Assembly: GCA_965229705.1 (NCBI GenBank) | Contig: OZ245922.1 | Coordinates: 720,001 to 752,000, forward strand | DNA from: Candidatus Saccharimonadota bacterium | GTDB taxonomy: Bacteria; Patescibacteriota; Gracilibacteria; BD1-5; UBA6164 | Length of the DNA: 32,000 nucleotides | Reading direction: 5' to 3' | In this document: piece by piece, positions 19,311 to 31,100 of the stretch | How positions within the stretch are numbered: the first letter of the stretch is position 1 | Layout of the letters: every line of letters begins with the position of its first letter | Position numbers and translations under genes: made by a program | The notes under the pieces: generated by a model | The model's database searches: none | What the model was told of the DNA's origin: nothing | The model's input: the letters and a program-made list of their open reading frames with translations, nothing else

Positions 19311-20150
19311 TTATTGTATCTCACTTTGAAAATATTGCAAAAATTTTTCATAATCATACGAAATCTTGGTTATATCCCAAGAATACGAATGATCTGGCGC
19401 TGCAAGTGAGATATCTGGAAGTTGGAGAAAATCAATATGTTCTATAAAAAAATCATACTTTTTCTGAAGAATTTCACTGTCCTTTGCCTGCACTTCAAAT
19501 ACACGCTGATGAAGCACAAAAAAGGTATATGACTCTGCAAAATCTTCATACCTATTCGTCATAGCATAACCAGAAACAAAATCTTTGGGAGACTGTTGTG
19601 GCTTTCTCTCATAAATTCCATCCCAAGATAGGCTATAAAACTCCTGACTCGTATCACGAAAAAACTGAGAGTCAAAAATATGTATATCATGAAAATGTGC
19701 AAACTCATGAATCGCGACCGCAATATATTCCTCAGCACTCAACTCTGATGCGCCATAGAGATGAATATGTCATTTTTTCATCTTTCATCGTGGTCAGCTC
19801 AAGTAATGATGATGAAAGACTTTGAGCTCTTGTAACTCTCGCAGAAGATCTTCTTGGCGAAAAAAAGACTGCATTCCCTCTCGATGAAGGCGAGGAAAAA
19901 CATCAGAAAAACTTGTAGGAATAAACATTTCTAAAAAGCGTTCTCACAGTGTCTTTTGATACTGTTCATATCGATGAGTAAATATTAGTTCTTGTACTCG
20001 CTCTTGTCATAGTTCACGATCATCTTCGTTGAAATATTGAAATTCTGTATGTTGTTCTTCTTGAGTCTCGCCTTGAGAAAAAAAGACAAAGACACCCAAG
20101 CAAAAACAGATATAGAGCAAGAAATAACAACATATTTCTCGAAAATTCAT
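19311..20150 (-). CDS. Secreted putative zinc metallopeptidase (HExxH)
   Basis: Signal/TM segment (MNFREICCYFLLYICFCLGVFVFF). HEFAH zinc motif plus a downstream YAMTNRYEDFAES segment, giving a gluzincin/MtfA-like arrangement. Track ORF 19311..19742 is extended upstream through TGAs to ATG at 20148-20150. Confidence 0.6.
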
Positions 20151-20162
20151 AAGCAAAAAATG

Positions 20163-20567
20163 CTAAGAAGAAAATGAAAATACCACCTCAATCACGAGAC
20201 GAATCAGAGCTCCTGCAGAGATAAGAACCAAGAATCCGAGAAGAGTCCATTTTACAATGTCTTTTCATTTTTTCACTTTTTCATCATCTCATCCACTCAA
20301 AGTCATCATAAGTGCTCCATATACCAGTGATCATACCGCAAGAAGACCTAAGAGTCCTCAGAGTTGCATTACCCAATATACGAGCTGGTCTTTCACTCCC
20401 GACTCAAGAAGTCCGTCTCATGGATTTACGAGATCAGAGTCCTCTAAACAATTATCAAGAGAGCTGATAATTTCTCCATCAAAATCACAGTCTTGAGCAT
20501 ATCATGACTGGTAGGGAAAGGAAAAAAAACTCCAAACAAGACAAAAAAGTATAAATAGTTGTTTCAT
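20163..20567 (-). CDS. TrbC/VirB2-like (type IV secretion pilin-like) small membrane protein, paralog 4 of 4 in transcription order
   Basis: Signal peptide, then a hydrophobic helix, a short charged loop (SGGDDEKVKKGKDIVKW), and a second hydrophobic helix. 134 aa. Invisible in the standard-code track because of six in-frame TGAs. Confidence 0.55.
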
Positions 20568-20580
20568 AGGGTATTTTATT

Positions 20581-20958
20581 TTAGATACTGACTCCTGATA
20601 TAAATCGTACAAGAGCATAAGAAAGAGCCACAACAAAAAGTCCAACCGCAGCGTACACAAAACTCATCATCGCTTTTTTAAACTCTTCCGCGTTTCATCT
20701 CGCAAGAGCCAGTCTCGCTCCTATAAAGAGAAACATCCCTACAGCAACAAGTGCCATAAGAGCAAAAATTGAGTCCCGAACAAATGCAAGTATCGCGTCA
20801 AGATAGCCCTGTCATGACTCACTTGCGGTTCATGCAGATAAAACATCGTTTGCTGTTGAAGGGATCATTTGATTTTTAATCTCGTCTCCTGACAGTTCTG
20901 CAAAAAGAGTAGGAACAAAGCTCAAGTATGCAAAGATCGTGTATGCTATATTTCTCAT
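20581..20958 (-). CDS. TrbC/VirB2-like small membrane protein, paralog 3
   Basis: Same architecture: signal peptide, helix, charged loop (ARGNAEEFKKAMMS), helix. 125 aa. The start is 2 nt after the upstream stop. Confidence 0.55.
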
Positions 20959-20960
20959 TT

Positions 20961-21320
20961 TTATACCATAAAGTTATTAAGTATTGCGATAAGCGTCCAG
21001 GCAATAATTGAGAGAAATACTCCCACCAGTGCCCACACGATAATATTTTTTGCTCGTTTTGTTTTTTCTTCTTCTCCGCTCGAGATAAGATACATAATCC
21101 CTCCTATCATGATTGCCAGTACCGCAATCACGGCAATATACTGAATCATAGTGGCAATAACATTGGCAATAAAGGTATAGACTCCTGCTCATTCTCCTGA
21201 TATTTCTTGATCTCCACAACCGGGCAAGTTTCCACAGTTAATCTCAGGAGCAGCAAAACTCATACTCACTATTCATACAAAAAAGCAGAGAAACACGACT
21301 ACTCTAAAGAGATATTTCAT
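20961..21320 (-). CDS. TrbC/VirB2-like small membrane protein, paralog 2
   Basis: Track ORF 20961..21149 is extended upstream through TGAs to ATG at 21318-21320. It has a signal peptide, helix, charged loop (SSGEEEKTKRAKNIIVW) and second helix. 119 aa. Confidence 0.6.
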
Positions 21321-21326
21321 AGTTTT

Positions 21327-21734
21327 TTAGTATAAAAGATATATTAACAATCTCACCATCAGACCTGCCAAAAGAGCTATTACCAGAGAAATCAGTGAAG
21401 CGCTAAACATGGTTTTTCACTTTGTGAGGAGTTCATCTTGTCCGTTATAAATAATCATATATCACGCTGAAAGCGTCATAAAAACGAGCGCAACGACTCC
21501 AAACATCACAATAAGTTTTTCCAAAACAGTGAGTAGCACATTTTCTACTGTTTCTTGTGTCGTTTGACCAATAAACTCTGATCCTCAAGGCGCAATAGTA
21601 TTTACATCTATCATAAACTCTTCGCAGGAAATATTATTTTCACTTGATCCACTACATTTTCGTGCCTCAGCTCAAAAAGTGGAAAAAAGTAAGGAAAAAA
21701 GAACACAGGAGAGTATTCCTATTCGTATCAGCAT
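21327..21734 (-). CDS. TrbC/VirB2-like small membrane protein, paralog 1
   Basis: Signal peptide MLIRIGILSCVLFSLLFSTFGAEA, helix, charged loop (YNGQDELLTKGKTMF), helix. 135 aa. Confidence 0.5.
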
Positions 21735-21845
21735 ATTTATAGTTTTTTATAATTTATCTATCCAAAACTATATAAAGTTTTTTGTGAAAAACAAATATTG
21801 ATTACCCTGCTAAAGAAAGTATATCTGAAAACTCCGTGATAAAAT

Positions 21846-22991
21846 ATGAAAATCGCCATCGTCCATGAAATGCTGATAAAGCTCTGAGGCGCAGAAAAAG
21901 TCGTAGAATGCTGGAAAAACCTCTACCCAAATGCTGATATTTTTACACTTCTCTATGATGAAAAAAAAGTGTGAAATATATTTCCGCCTGAGTGTATTGA
22001 TAGATCATGTTTTTCTCTTGCTTCTCAAAGATGCTACCAACTCACAAAAAATGCTCGTCTGTCTCTTGTATTTATGCAGCGTTCTATAAAAACTCTCGAC
22101 CTCAGAGACTATGATATTGTTCTTGTGAGTTCAAGCTCTTTTGCTCATAGATGTGAGGTCTGAAAGCATACAAAAAAAATTGTATATTATCATGCTCCTG
22201 CTAGGTATCTCTGGGACTGGACGCATGAATATCGCAGAAGTATCAGAATGAATGTTGGGATTTTAGGTTTTTTTTATGGTCAGTATATGAAACACCTACG
22301 CATATGAGACCTCGAGGCGTGAGGGCAATCTCATATAGCTCTCGCTAATAGTCAAACAACTCAGGGTCGTATCAAAAAATATTATCGAAAAGACTCTGAT
22401 ATCGTCTATCCTCCAGTAGATACGCAAAGATTTGCAACAAAGCTTAGGGGTGATCTTTGTACATGAAAAAGGGAGGTAGCAAAGTGAAACTTTTATATTA
22501 TTCTCTCTGCTCTGACAGAATTTAAGCGCATAGAGATTGCTCTTCATGCGTGGAAGCATATCTCTGATGTTGATCTCTATATCATATGAGAATGAAGCTA
22601 CCAGAGTGAGCTAGAAAAACTCTCAAGTACCCATACACATTTTCTCTGAGCGAAGTTTTGAGATGAGCTCGTGTTTTTGGTGCAAAAAAGTCTTGGTTTA
22701 ATTTTCCCATGAGAGGAGGATTTTGGCATTGTTCCTATTGAGATACTAGCAGCAGGAAAACCAGTCTTTGCTCTGAGAGCCTGAGGTCTCACGGAGACGC
22801 TCGCAGAGTGAGTGAGTTGAGAGTTTTTTGAAGATGCTAACGGATCAGATTTTGAAACTGCCTTTCATAGGTTTCATAAAAACAATCTTGCAGGAAAATA
22901 TTTGGCAAAAAACTGTCGAAATCAAGCAAAAAAGTATGATATACAGATTTTTGAGAACTATTTTTCTGAGCTGTTGAAGAGAGAATTGTAA
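21846..22991 (+). CDS. Glycosyltransferase, GT4 family
   Basis: MKIAIVHEMLIKLGGAEKVV N-terminus and the E-x7-E region FPGEEDFGIVPIEILAAGKPVFALRAGGLTETL. 381 aa, open through many TGAs with no TAA/TAG until 22989-22991. Absent from the standard-code track. Confidence 0.8.
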
Positions 22992-23000
22992 AAAAACGAT

Positions 23001-23030
23001 GAGAAAGTCCTTTTTTCTCTCTTTTCAAAA
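23001..23030. repeat. GAGAAAG..TTTCTC intergenic module, copy F
   Basis: GAGAAAGTCCTTTTTTCTCTCTTTTCAAAA differs at one position from the module within 12169-12199. It can fold as GAGAAA/TTTCTC followed by a T-rich run, so it may terminate the GT4 transcript. Confidence 0.7.
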
Positions 23031-23130
23031 TGTCTCCCTCTCTTTTTTTGTATAAAAAAGCAGATATAGCATATCCAGCTTGCCCTTTGGATATATTTTT
23101 CTAAAATACTTTTCGGGAACCTTGAGAGAT

Positions 23131-23219
23131 CTCTGAGAAAGTCCTTTGCTCTCTCCTTTTCCAAAGGAGAGATGGTTCGGTAGAACCAGAGTGGATTGGA
23201 AAATTTTTGTTTCTCAGAG
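23131..23219. repeat. 89-bp inverted-terminus intergenic element, copy E
   Basis: CTCTGAGAAA at 23131-23140 is the exact reverse complement of TTTCTCAGAG at 23210-23219. Inside are hairpin CTCTCCTTT-tcc-AAAGGAGAG (23151-23171) and hairpin GGTTC-ggta-GAACC (23174-23187). Confidence 0.8.
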
Positions 23220-23257
23220 TTTTCTTGAAGAAAACATAGTAATACACATACCTCATC

Positions 23258-24595
23258 ATGAAATACCTCATATATCCTCTTCTTATTCTTCTCCCCCTCC
23301 ACGCTCTCATCATCACTACCCTCAAGTGCAAGTTTTGAATAGATACTGATATTCTTCGGTTTTGGAAAGAAATATTGATCGTGATACTCTTATGATGCGT
23401 CTTTTTTCACACACTGAGAAAATATGATTTTTCCCTCAAAAAAATATATCATAAAAATACACTACTCGGACTCACAACTGCCTTTATATTTTCGAGCCTC
23501 TTTTTTATTTATTTTCCTTTTATGGAAATAAAAATAGCATCACTACTAGGATTTCGCTATGATGTATTTTTTCTGCTGGCCCTGATTATTGGACTGTATA
23601 TAGGAACTCAGCAAGAACTTCGAAGATATATCTCTACTCTTTGTATCATCAGTTTTGGTATTCTCAGCATTTTTTTGCCCTGGTATCTCTTCGGTGATAT
23701 ATCCAGCGTGAGCCAGATATTTTGATACTCATCCGAAGTCTCAACATACAAGGCCAATAACTGTATTAGCTTTGCTCAAAATGTTGAGGGAGAACATCGT
23801 TTTCAGGGAACATTTGGAGGACCTATTCGATTTTCGGTATTTCTCACGATGATAGTATGTCTGTTTACGGGCGTATTTTTTAGCTCTCAAAATAACCTCT
23901 CAAAAACACAAAAAATATGACTCTACTGACTCATACTTCTCCCCTTTGTTGTGGCAATATTTTTCTCTTACTCAAAAACTTCGGTATTGTGACTCCTGTT
24001 TGCAGGATGATGTATGTGACTCTTGAGCTATCGTTATATATACCGTAAAAAAATCTCTCAAAAAATATATGCTCTTGCTGCAACTCTTTTTTGCCTCCCA
24101 CTCTTTGTTATTGCACTTTTCAAGTGGGAACTCTTTCTCCATCTTGGAGCCGTAGTAAACAGAGCCGAAAATCTCGCAAAATCATTTGAAATGTTCCTCT
24201 ACAATCCTTTTGGGCATGGCCTGGGAATCGCAGGTCCCGCAAGTCAGATAGGAAACTCTATTGAGTCAGCTGGAAACTGGATTATCGCAACAAATACTGT
24301 AACAAAAGTACATAAGTTTCTGCCAGAGAACTGGTATGTACAAATACTTCTTGAACAGTGAATTATTGGTTTTGTGATATTTGTTTCTCTCCTCATACTC
24401 ATCTGATACCGACTCTTCGAGCTCGTGAAGCGCAAACGAGATATTCTCTCTGTGAGTATATTTTCTGCATTTTTATCACTATGTTTTATGGCACTTTTTA
24501 CGCACGCATTTGAAGAAGCAGCCACAAGTTATATACTCTTTTTCTTCATCGGACTCGTACTTGCTGACAGTATAACAAAAGAACAAAACACATAA
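23258..24595 (+). CDS. O-antigen ligase / Wzy_C-family polytopic membrane protein (possible O-oligosaccharyltransferase or polymerase)
   Basis: Multi-TM protein with motifs RFQGTFGGPIRFSVFL, YSKTSVLGLLFAG, NPFGHGLGIAGPAS and ENWYVQILLEQGIIGF. These are arranged as in Wzy_C proteins. 445 aa. Track ORFs 23522..23725 and 24023..24361 are in-frame fragments. Confidence 0.7.
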
Positions 24596-24604
24596 CCGGC
24601 GTAT

Positions 24605-26305
24605 ATGAAACATATCAATCTCCTCTTAACTCTCATACTTTTCTTGGGAACGCTCTTCCATATAGGATTTTTGCATCTCAATGAGGTACTCAAAGTTGCT
24701 GACAGTTTTGCGTATCTGCAAATGGCATATTTTCTCTGAGAGCTTTCTCCAAACGGTCTTGGGACGGGATGGTTTGGATTTTTGTATTCTTTGCCTATTG
24801 CCCTCATAGACACTCTCGTATGAAATGATTTTCAGAGCGCCCAGATAGTCAACCTCATACTTCTCAATATTTCTGCCGTACTTGTCTGGATGATAGCTCG
24901 AAAAATTCTTTCTGAGAGTTCTGCGTATTTGGTGGTTATTTTGTTTTTTCTCTCTCCGACACTCCTGCATTTTCATCTCCATATTCTTTCAGAAAATATA
25001 TATATACCCCTTTTCTTACTCCTATTTCTCCTGGTATGGAACTTTGTAGAAACACTCAGTGAAAAAAATACACTCATGAAAGGTCGAGATATGATGCTCA
25101 TAGCCTTTGTACTTGCCCTCATGTATTTTACTCGAGCTGAAGCATTTATATATATCCTTTCTCTGTGTACTCTCTGAGTGATACTTCTTATTCAAAAAAA
25201 GATCTCATGGATACAAATGTTTTGTCTCTGAATACTATTTTGTATAACATTTTTCCTCTGCATATTTCCTTATCTGTTTCATCTGCACTCCCTGAGTGGG
25301 GAATGGTCTCTCACCAATAAATGAGCAAGTAATCTCCGTCAGGCAGAACTCAGAGGAGTAGAAAAAATGGATGATGCTGGTTTTGAAAGAGCTGTTGCAG
25401 AACTCACACCTGACAATACCCAACTTATTGCTGGTTTTGCGGGAGGTATGTCATACACTGAGCCACAAATAGATATGTCTCTGAGAGAAATGTTTTGAAA
25501 AAATCCAGAAAAATTTATAGGGCGTATTTTCATCAATCAAAAAAAGCTCTACACTCACAATCTTCCCGAGATTTTTCTCTGAAAATCTGTCAAACTCTTC
25601 TCCTCTGATGATGCGCGATTTGCAAATATTTTTTTCTTGATATGTCTCTGTATTCCTCTTGTTATTGTCCTATGATGAGCTATTACTTTGTATCAAAAGC
25701 AGCGAAACTTTGTGATGATTTTCTTGTGTTTTTTTCTACTGGCAAGTCTTTTTTTCACGCTCTTTTTTACTCTCAATAGATACTTTTTGATATTTTTTCC
25801 TGGAATGCTGATATTTTTTGTACATGGAGCTCATATACTCCCAAAAATCTCTGGAAAAAAAATACTTACTTATACGAGCATTGCATGATATATATGACTA
25901 TGCCTGCTTTCTGTGTCGGTATACTCAAAAACCGAGTCTCCAAAAGATGATTTTTACGCTCTCAAGAAAGAGGCAGGAATGTGGCTCAATAATACTATAC
26001 AGCAGGGAGAGTGACTGAGTTTTCGGCATGATAATCTACGAATTATGGAACGCTTTCCTGTTGTAACATATTACGCTGGTTCTCGAGAACGCTTTATTAC
26101 CCCCTATACTGACGATATACAAGATGTATATGAGTACGGGAGGTTCAATGATATTGATTTTCTCGTTGTTGATACTATGGATTTTCAAAGATATAGACCA
26201 GACTTAATACATGCGTTGGAAAATACTCCAGAAAACTTTGAGAATGTTCGTGAGTTTCATGGGCTGATGTGAGAAAAAGTTATTTTGTACCGGCTTCGTA
26301 AATAG
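24605..26305 (+). CDS. Polytopic membrane glycosyltransferase-like protein (GT-C fold, ArnT/PMT/GT39-like)
   Basis: 566 aa with many TM helices and an acidic first-loop motif (VADSFAYLQMAYF). A soluble C-terminal domain follows. Track ORFs 24890..25177, 25688..25888 and 26045..26272 are in-frame fragments. Stop TAG at 26303-26305. Confidence 0.45.
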
Positions 26306-26318
26306 GTATACTAACTAA

Positions 26319-27089
26319 ATGAAGCATCACACAGCATACCATATCCTCTTTGTCGCGGCTCTCCCATGAGAGATGAAGATCCTAAAAATGCTCTATAAAG
26401 ATCAGTCTTCTCAAAAAATGAAGGCTGATTTTCTAGTGTCTTGAGTCGGATCGCAAAAAACAAGTGTTGCTCTTACAGAGGCTCTTACTCACAAAAAATA
26501 TGATTTTGTGATAAATATCTGAGTATGTGGGTATAGAGAAAATTCCCGTAGCTGTATTCAGATACTCCGTAGCGTAAAAAAAGAAACCAGCAAAGAAATA
26601 CTCACTCCTCTCTTCTTTGAGTATGCTCCTCTCAGAAGTATCCTTACATCTGATCTTCCTCACTATGATCTTCCTGTAGAGTTTGAGTATGGTGATATGG
26701 AGAGTTATAGTATCGAGCATGTATGTGAATATTTTCGTATTCCTCGGATGATTCTCAAAGTACCTGTTGATAAGGTAGGAGAAGAAACAGAGCATTTTGA
26801 TATCGTCCGTGCTCAAAAAATGCTTGAGAAAAATATTGATATGAAAAAACTACTCGAAGAGCTAGAAAAATATCTAAAAAGCCTTCCGGAAAAAACTGAT
26901 ATTTCTCGATACTGAGAACACTACCGCTTTACGGCAAGTGAAAAAATAATTTTTGAAAAATACTATCTCACATTTACCAGTCTGTCACATGAATCTTTTG
27001 GAGATTTTTTTAAAAAATATCAGCACTTGTGAAAAAAGGATTTTTTCAAAAAATGTGAAGAAGTAAGTATGAAACTTTCGTGTTTATAA
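26319..27089 (+). CDS. Nucleoside phosphorylase-superfamily protein (MTA/SAH/5'-deoxyadenosine nucleosidase-like, Pfs/MqnB-like) with a C-terminal extension
   Basis: ILFVAALPGE, SGVGSQKTSVALTEAL, FVINIGVCGY and GDMESYSIEHVCEYFRIP..LKVPVDKVG follow the PNP_UDP_1 motif order. 256 aa. Track ORF 26697..26915 is an internal fragment. Confidence 0.6.
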
Positions 27090-27112
27090 GGTGTTACTTT
27101 AGAAGAAATATT

Positions 27113-28099
27113 ATGCTCATCTACCTCGAAACATCAGCAAAATCATATCCTCAAACAAAAAAAATTTTGAGCAAGTTTTCACATGCAACCATCATCGAAA
27201 TAGACAATTATAAAAATATTTTTGACAAACATACTGCGTGAATGAAAGAACAAAAGTCTCTCATCATCGCAAAACTTTGCTCTCCAGCACTCACTCCTGC
27301 ACCAGTGTGATATGGTCATAGTAAAGATGCTTTTTTCTTTAAAACCTCTCTTGGTTGTATATATGACTGTGATTATTGTTTTCTTAAAGGAGCGTTTCAG
27401 ACAGAACACATGGTATTTTTTGTGAACTATGATGACATCAAAAAGCAAATCCAAAAAGCTATTACTTCTCTCAATGAAAAATATTCCACAAACACAAAAC
27501 ATCAGCAATTATGGTTTTATAGCTCTGACTATAGTGATATTCAGTGAATGGATGGTATATCTGGGTTTAATACAGAATTTATTGAATTTTTTGAAACATT
27601 TCCGTGAGTCAGTATGGAGATACGCACAAAATCATGAAATATCCAAAGTCTTTTAGATATCTGATATGCTCCAAAAAATACCGAAATCGCATTTTCTCTC
27701 AATCCTCAAAAACTCATAGAAAAGTATGAGAAGAAAACTGCGAGTCTTGATATGCGACTGAAAGCTATCAACACTCTGACTCATGCAGGCTGGCGAGTAG
27801 GGATTCGACTCCTCCCACTCTTACCAGTAAAAAACTATCAAAAAATATATCGTGAGTTTTTTTATGAACTTCACGAAAAGATAGATATTTCTAAACTCTC
27901 TTCGAGCTTTGCATCAGGACTACTGTTTACCAAAAGAGACTATAAAGTCATGCTCAAGAAATATCCTCATCTAGATATACTTCACTATCTCTCACTTGAA
28001 GATGATGATTTTTATCGAGAATCTCGAGAGGTAAGAGACTGGTTTTATCGGGAAACAAAGAAACTCGATAAAAATTGTTTATTGTGTTTGGAAGGATAA
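27113..28099 (+). CDS. splB: Spore-photoproduct-lyase-like radical SAM protein
   Basis: CxxxCxxC cluster (GCIYDCDYCFLKG) preceded by an SplB-like N-terminus (IYLETSAKSYPQTKKILSKF..ATIIEIDNYKNIFDK). 328 aa. Track ORF 27752..28099 is the C-terminal fragment. Confidence 0.7.
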
Positions 28100-28113
28100 T
28101 CTCAGAAATATTC

Positions 28114-31100
28114 CTACCTCAAAATATAACTTCCATCTATACTGTATATCAGCTGAGCAACATTCAAGCCTGTCTCTTTATTCACGAGTATAAGAGATAT
28201 CTGATCCTCTACATTACGATATAATAGCTCATATTCCTCTGTTCTAGTATGTACTCTCCCATCTTGAAAGACCGTCATTACTGGTTGAGATCTCGTATCG
28301 TTTCAACGGAAAATCATCATTGAGCCAGGATTGTATGAAACTCCCAGAGGTACTCGCGCGATAGAGTACTCCTCCTGGTCTAAAAGACGCAGATACATTC
28401 ATGGATTTTCAGGGATATCTCGGTTTCAGATGAGCTGTGTTTCTCCTTGTGGCTGATAAATATATTGACGAAATACGAGCTCTCCAGCTCTCTGTATCTG
28501 CAACTCAGGATATACAGAACTATTTGCCTCATCATTACTAGCAAGTACCCGTATCCTTGCGAGAGGGTCTTGGATATCTATTTGTCCCGTATACTCATCT
28601 ATCTCTGCAAGAGTTGTTCCTTGATATTCTACATATAGTCATGACCGTTCATCCCCAACATCAAAACTGTAGTTTCCTCCACTCTCACTCACAGAAACCC
28701 CTGATCAATCAGCAGAAGAAAGTTGTTGAAGTACTCATCATCTGTATCTGTATAAACTCACAGGATTTCACGAAAGTTCTTCATCTATCACTCACTGGAT
28801 TTGCGAATCTTCTACCGATTGTATGAGTGGTGTAGGACTATAAACTTCCAGAGTCACTTGCGAAGAAGCCAGATTTCCATTATTATCAAGGGCTAAAAGT
28901 GCTACTTGTTTTTCAAACAGCTCTTCATACGGTCCAAAAGTTATTTCTATCCTTGCTGGCGAGAGGCTCACAGAAATATTTTCCTCATCAAAGTCATTGC
29001 GTGGGTCACCATCACCATCAGAGTCTTGTGTCAGATCTGCATCAAGTCAAAACTTTTCTATACCTCACAGACCTCCATCTTCATATATGTATGGTGTCAT
29101 ATTTATGGTATGAGTTTGATACACTGGAACACGAATCGTGTCACTATACCCTATCTGAGGAGCAAAGACATCTGCCTGTTCTTGTGGAGCAAGGAGTATT
29201 TGCTGAGAAATAGTTGCTGGCAAGTCTCATGAAAATGCTTCAGCGCGAGCATAGTACATACCATTTTCTTGTGGGACTCTCACAGAGTAGTTTTCTCCCT
29301 CTTGTACTCAACCTGCAAGCTCGTAAATCCTATATGATGATACCTCCTGCATATCAAGCGATATATATGATCCATCAGCATGTACAATATCTATCTGCGA
29401 AGACGAAGTATATAACGAAGCATCGTTCTCTCGCTTGAGTACTGCTCCTGGGAGGAGAGGAATTCACTGAAGTCGGCTCACATCTGTGATATCTTCGAGG
29501 ATTTTTGCTCACACATACGCATCTCAAGAAAGCCCCTGTATCTCGATAGATTCTGGAAAACGAATATTTTGATACTTCATCACTTTCTGTTTTTTTCGTG
29601 ATCCATCGCGTTCAAGATACTCTATCTCAAAACTTCTATTTCCTGCATACAGAGGACTATTTGCGGTCAATACCACCGTGGTATTATTTGCAAGCTCTTG
29701 TCTGAGAGATACCAATTTTTCTTGTGTGAGTCGGACTCACTTAGTATTTCATAGTGAGTGTATATATGCAATATTTTGCTGAAGAGCTGCATCACCGTTT
29801 TGAGAGAGATCTAGCGCATCGATAATATGAACCTCATTTTTTTCATTTTCTCTATCTCGCATATATGCATCAACGAAACTGTGATAATAAATACGAAACT
29901 GTGAAATACGATCATCACTTGGTTTGGCAAAAGAAAAGTTGAGAAAACCATCGCTCGTCGTTTCTGCAGAAAAATAGTTTAAGGCTTCTACATAACTCTC
30001 TCCATTGAAAAAAGTATTTTGTGATGACTTTTGTACAAGAGGAGCTCATGAAATATGATTTTCTGATGTTTCTGGCGCTGATGAATAATTATCTTTATAA
30101 TAGAGCGTCCCTGATGAAAAGTATAAAATATCTTCATCGCCATCATTATCCATATCTTTCATATATGGTTCTTCATCACCATCAAGAAAATCTGTATAGT
30201 CAAAGAGCTGATAGTTTTTATCTTCTTCCACCACATATATTCACTCATACTGATAATCTGTCGCAGCATCTGGTCGACAACTGGCTCAGTGTGTTTCTCA
30301 TCACTGTGTTCAAGATGAGTCTTGCGCAAAGAGTCTTCGCTCATCAATAAATTTTTCTATGGTTCTGGTTTCTTGCTTGAGCTCTGATTCGAGCTGTGTC
30401 GTAAAATGGTCTTCACCATCAGCAAGGGCAATAATACTCTCTAAACTTCGGCTATTATATGGAGCAAGCTGATGTTTGTAAATATCGCGTTTGCTGTTCG
30501 AAGATTGTGCTCTTATCTGGATAAAACTTTCTGGATTTTCTCTGTTTCTCAGACGCTCCTGAAGTTTTTGTATTTCTTGTATTTCATGAGTGAGAATATT
30601 TTGTAAGAGGTCGAATTTTTCTTGATTATGATTTTGGAGGTCTTGTATCAGAGCATCTTCTATCACTGTTTCTCTGTCTCGAACAGATTTCCAGAGATGC
30701 TGAAGTTCTTGAGCGCCAGAGTTTGGTTCTCACACACTTGCAATGAGTCCCTGTGATACATGAGTGATAAACTCATCATTATCCATATATATACTGCTGG
30801 CATTTGAAAAGTTTTCTAAGAATGAAAGAATTTTTCGGGTAAGTATCCCAGCTATCATCGCTCATACTTCTTCCTTATAAGAGATATCAAACCCTTTTGT
30901 ATTTATATTAATATCGCTTGGAGTAGCATTTCGCAGGTTAATATCGGAAGCTCTAATATCAAACATCTGAGTAATGTTATTGGTCATAGCATCAAGTGGA
31001 GCTGTGACTGATCTCATAATCTCGATAAGAAACTCTGTTTCAAACTCAAAATTTACATAGTTCGTAACTCTGATAGCAGAAATAGTAGAGTAGGAGAAAC

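Noticed and set aside
19007-19357. The 300-bp gap upstream of rnj as an ncRNA locus (an SRP-like GGAAGCA was noticed), and track ORF 19127..19357 as a small basic or membrane protein.
   Set aside because: No convincing helices or conserved RNA motifs could be built. The ORF overlaps the peptidase 3' end and has no hallmark. It is left unannotated.
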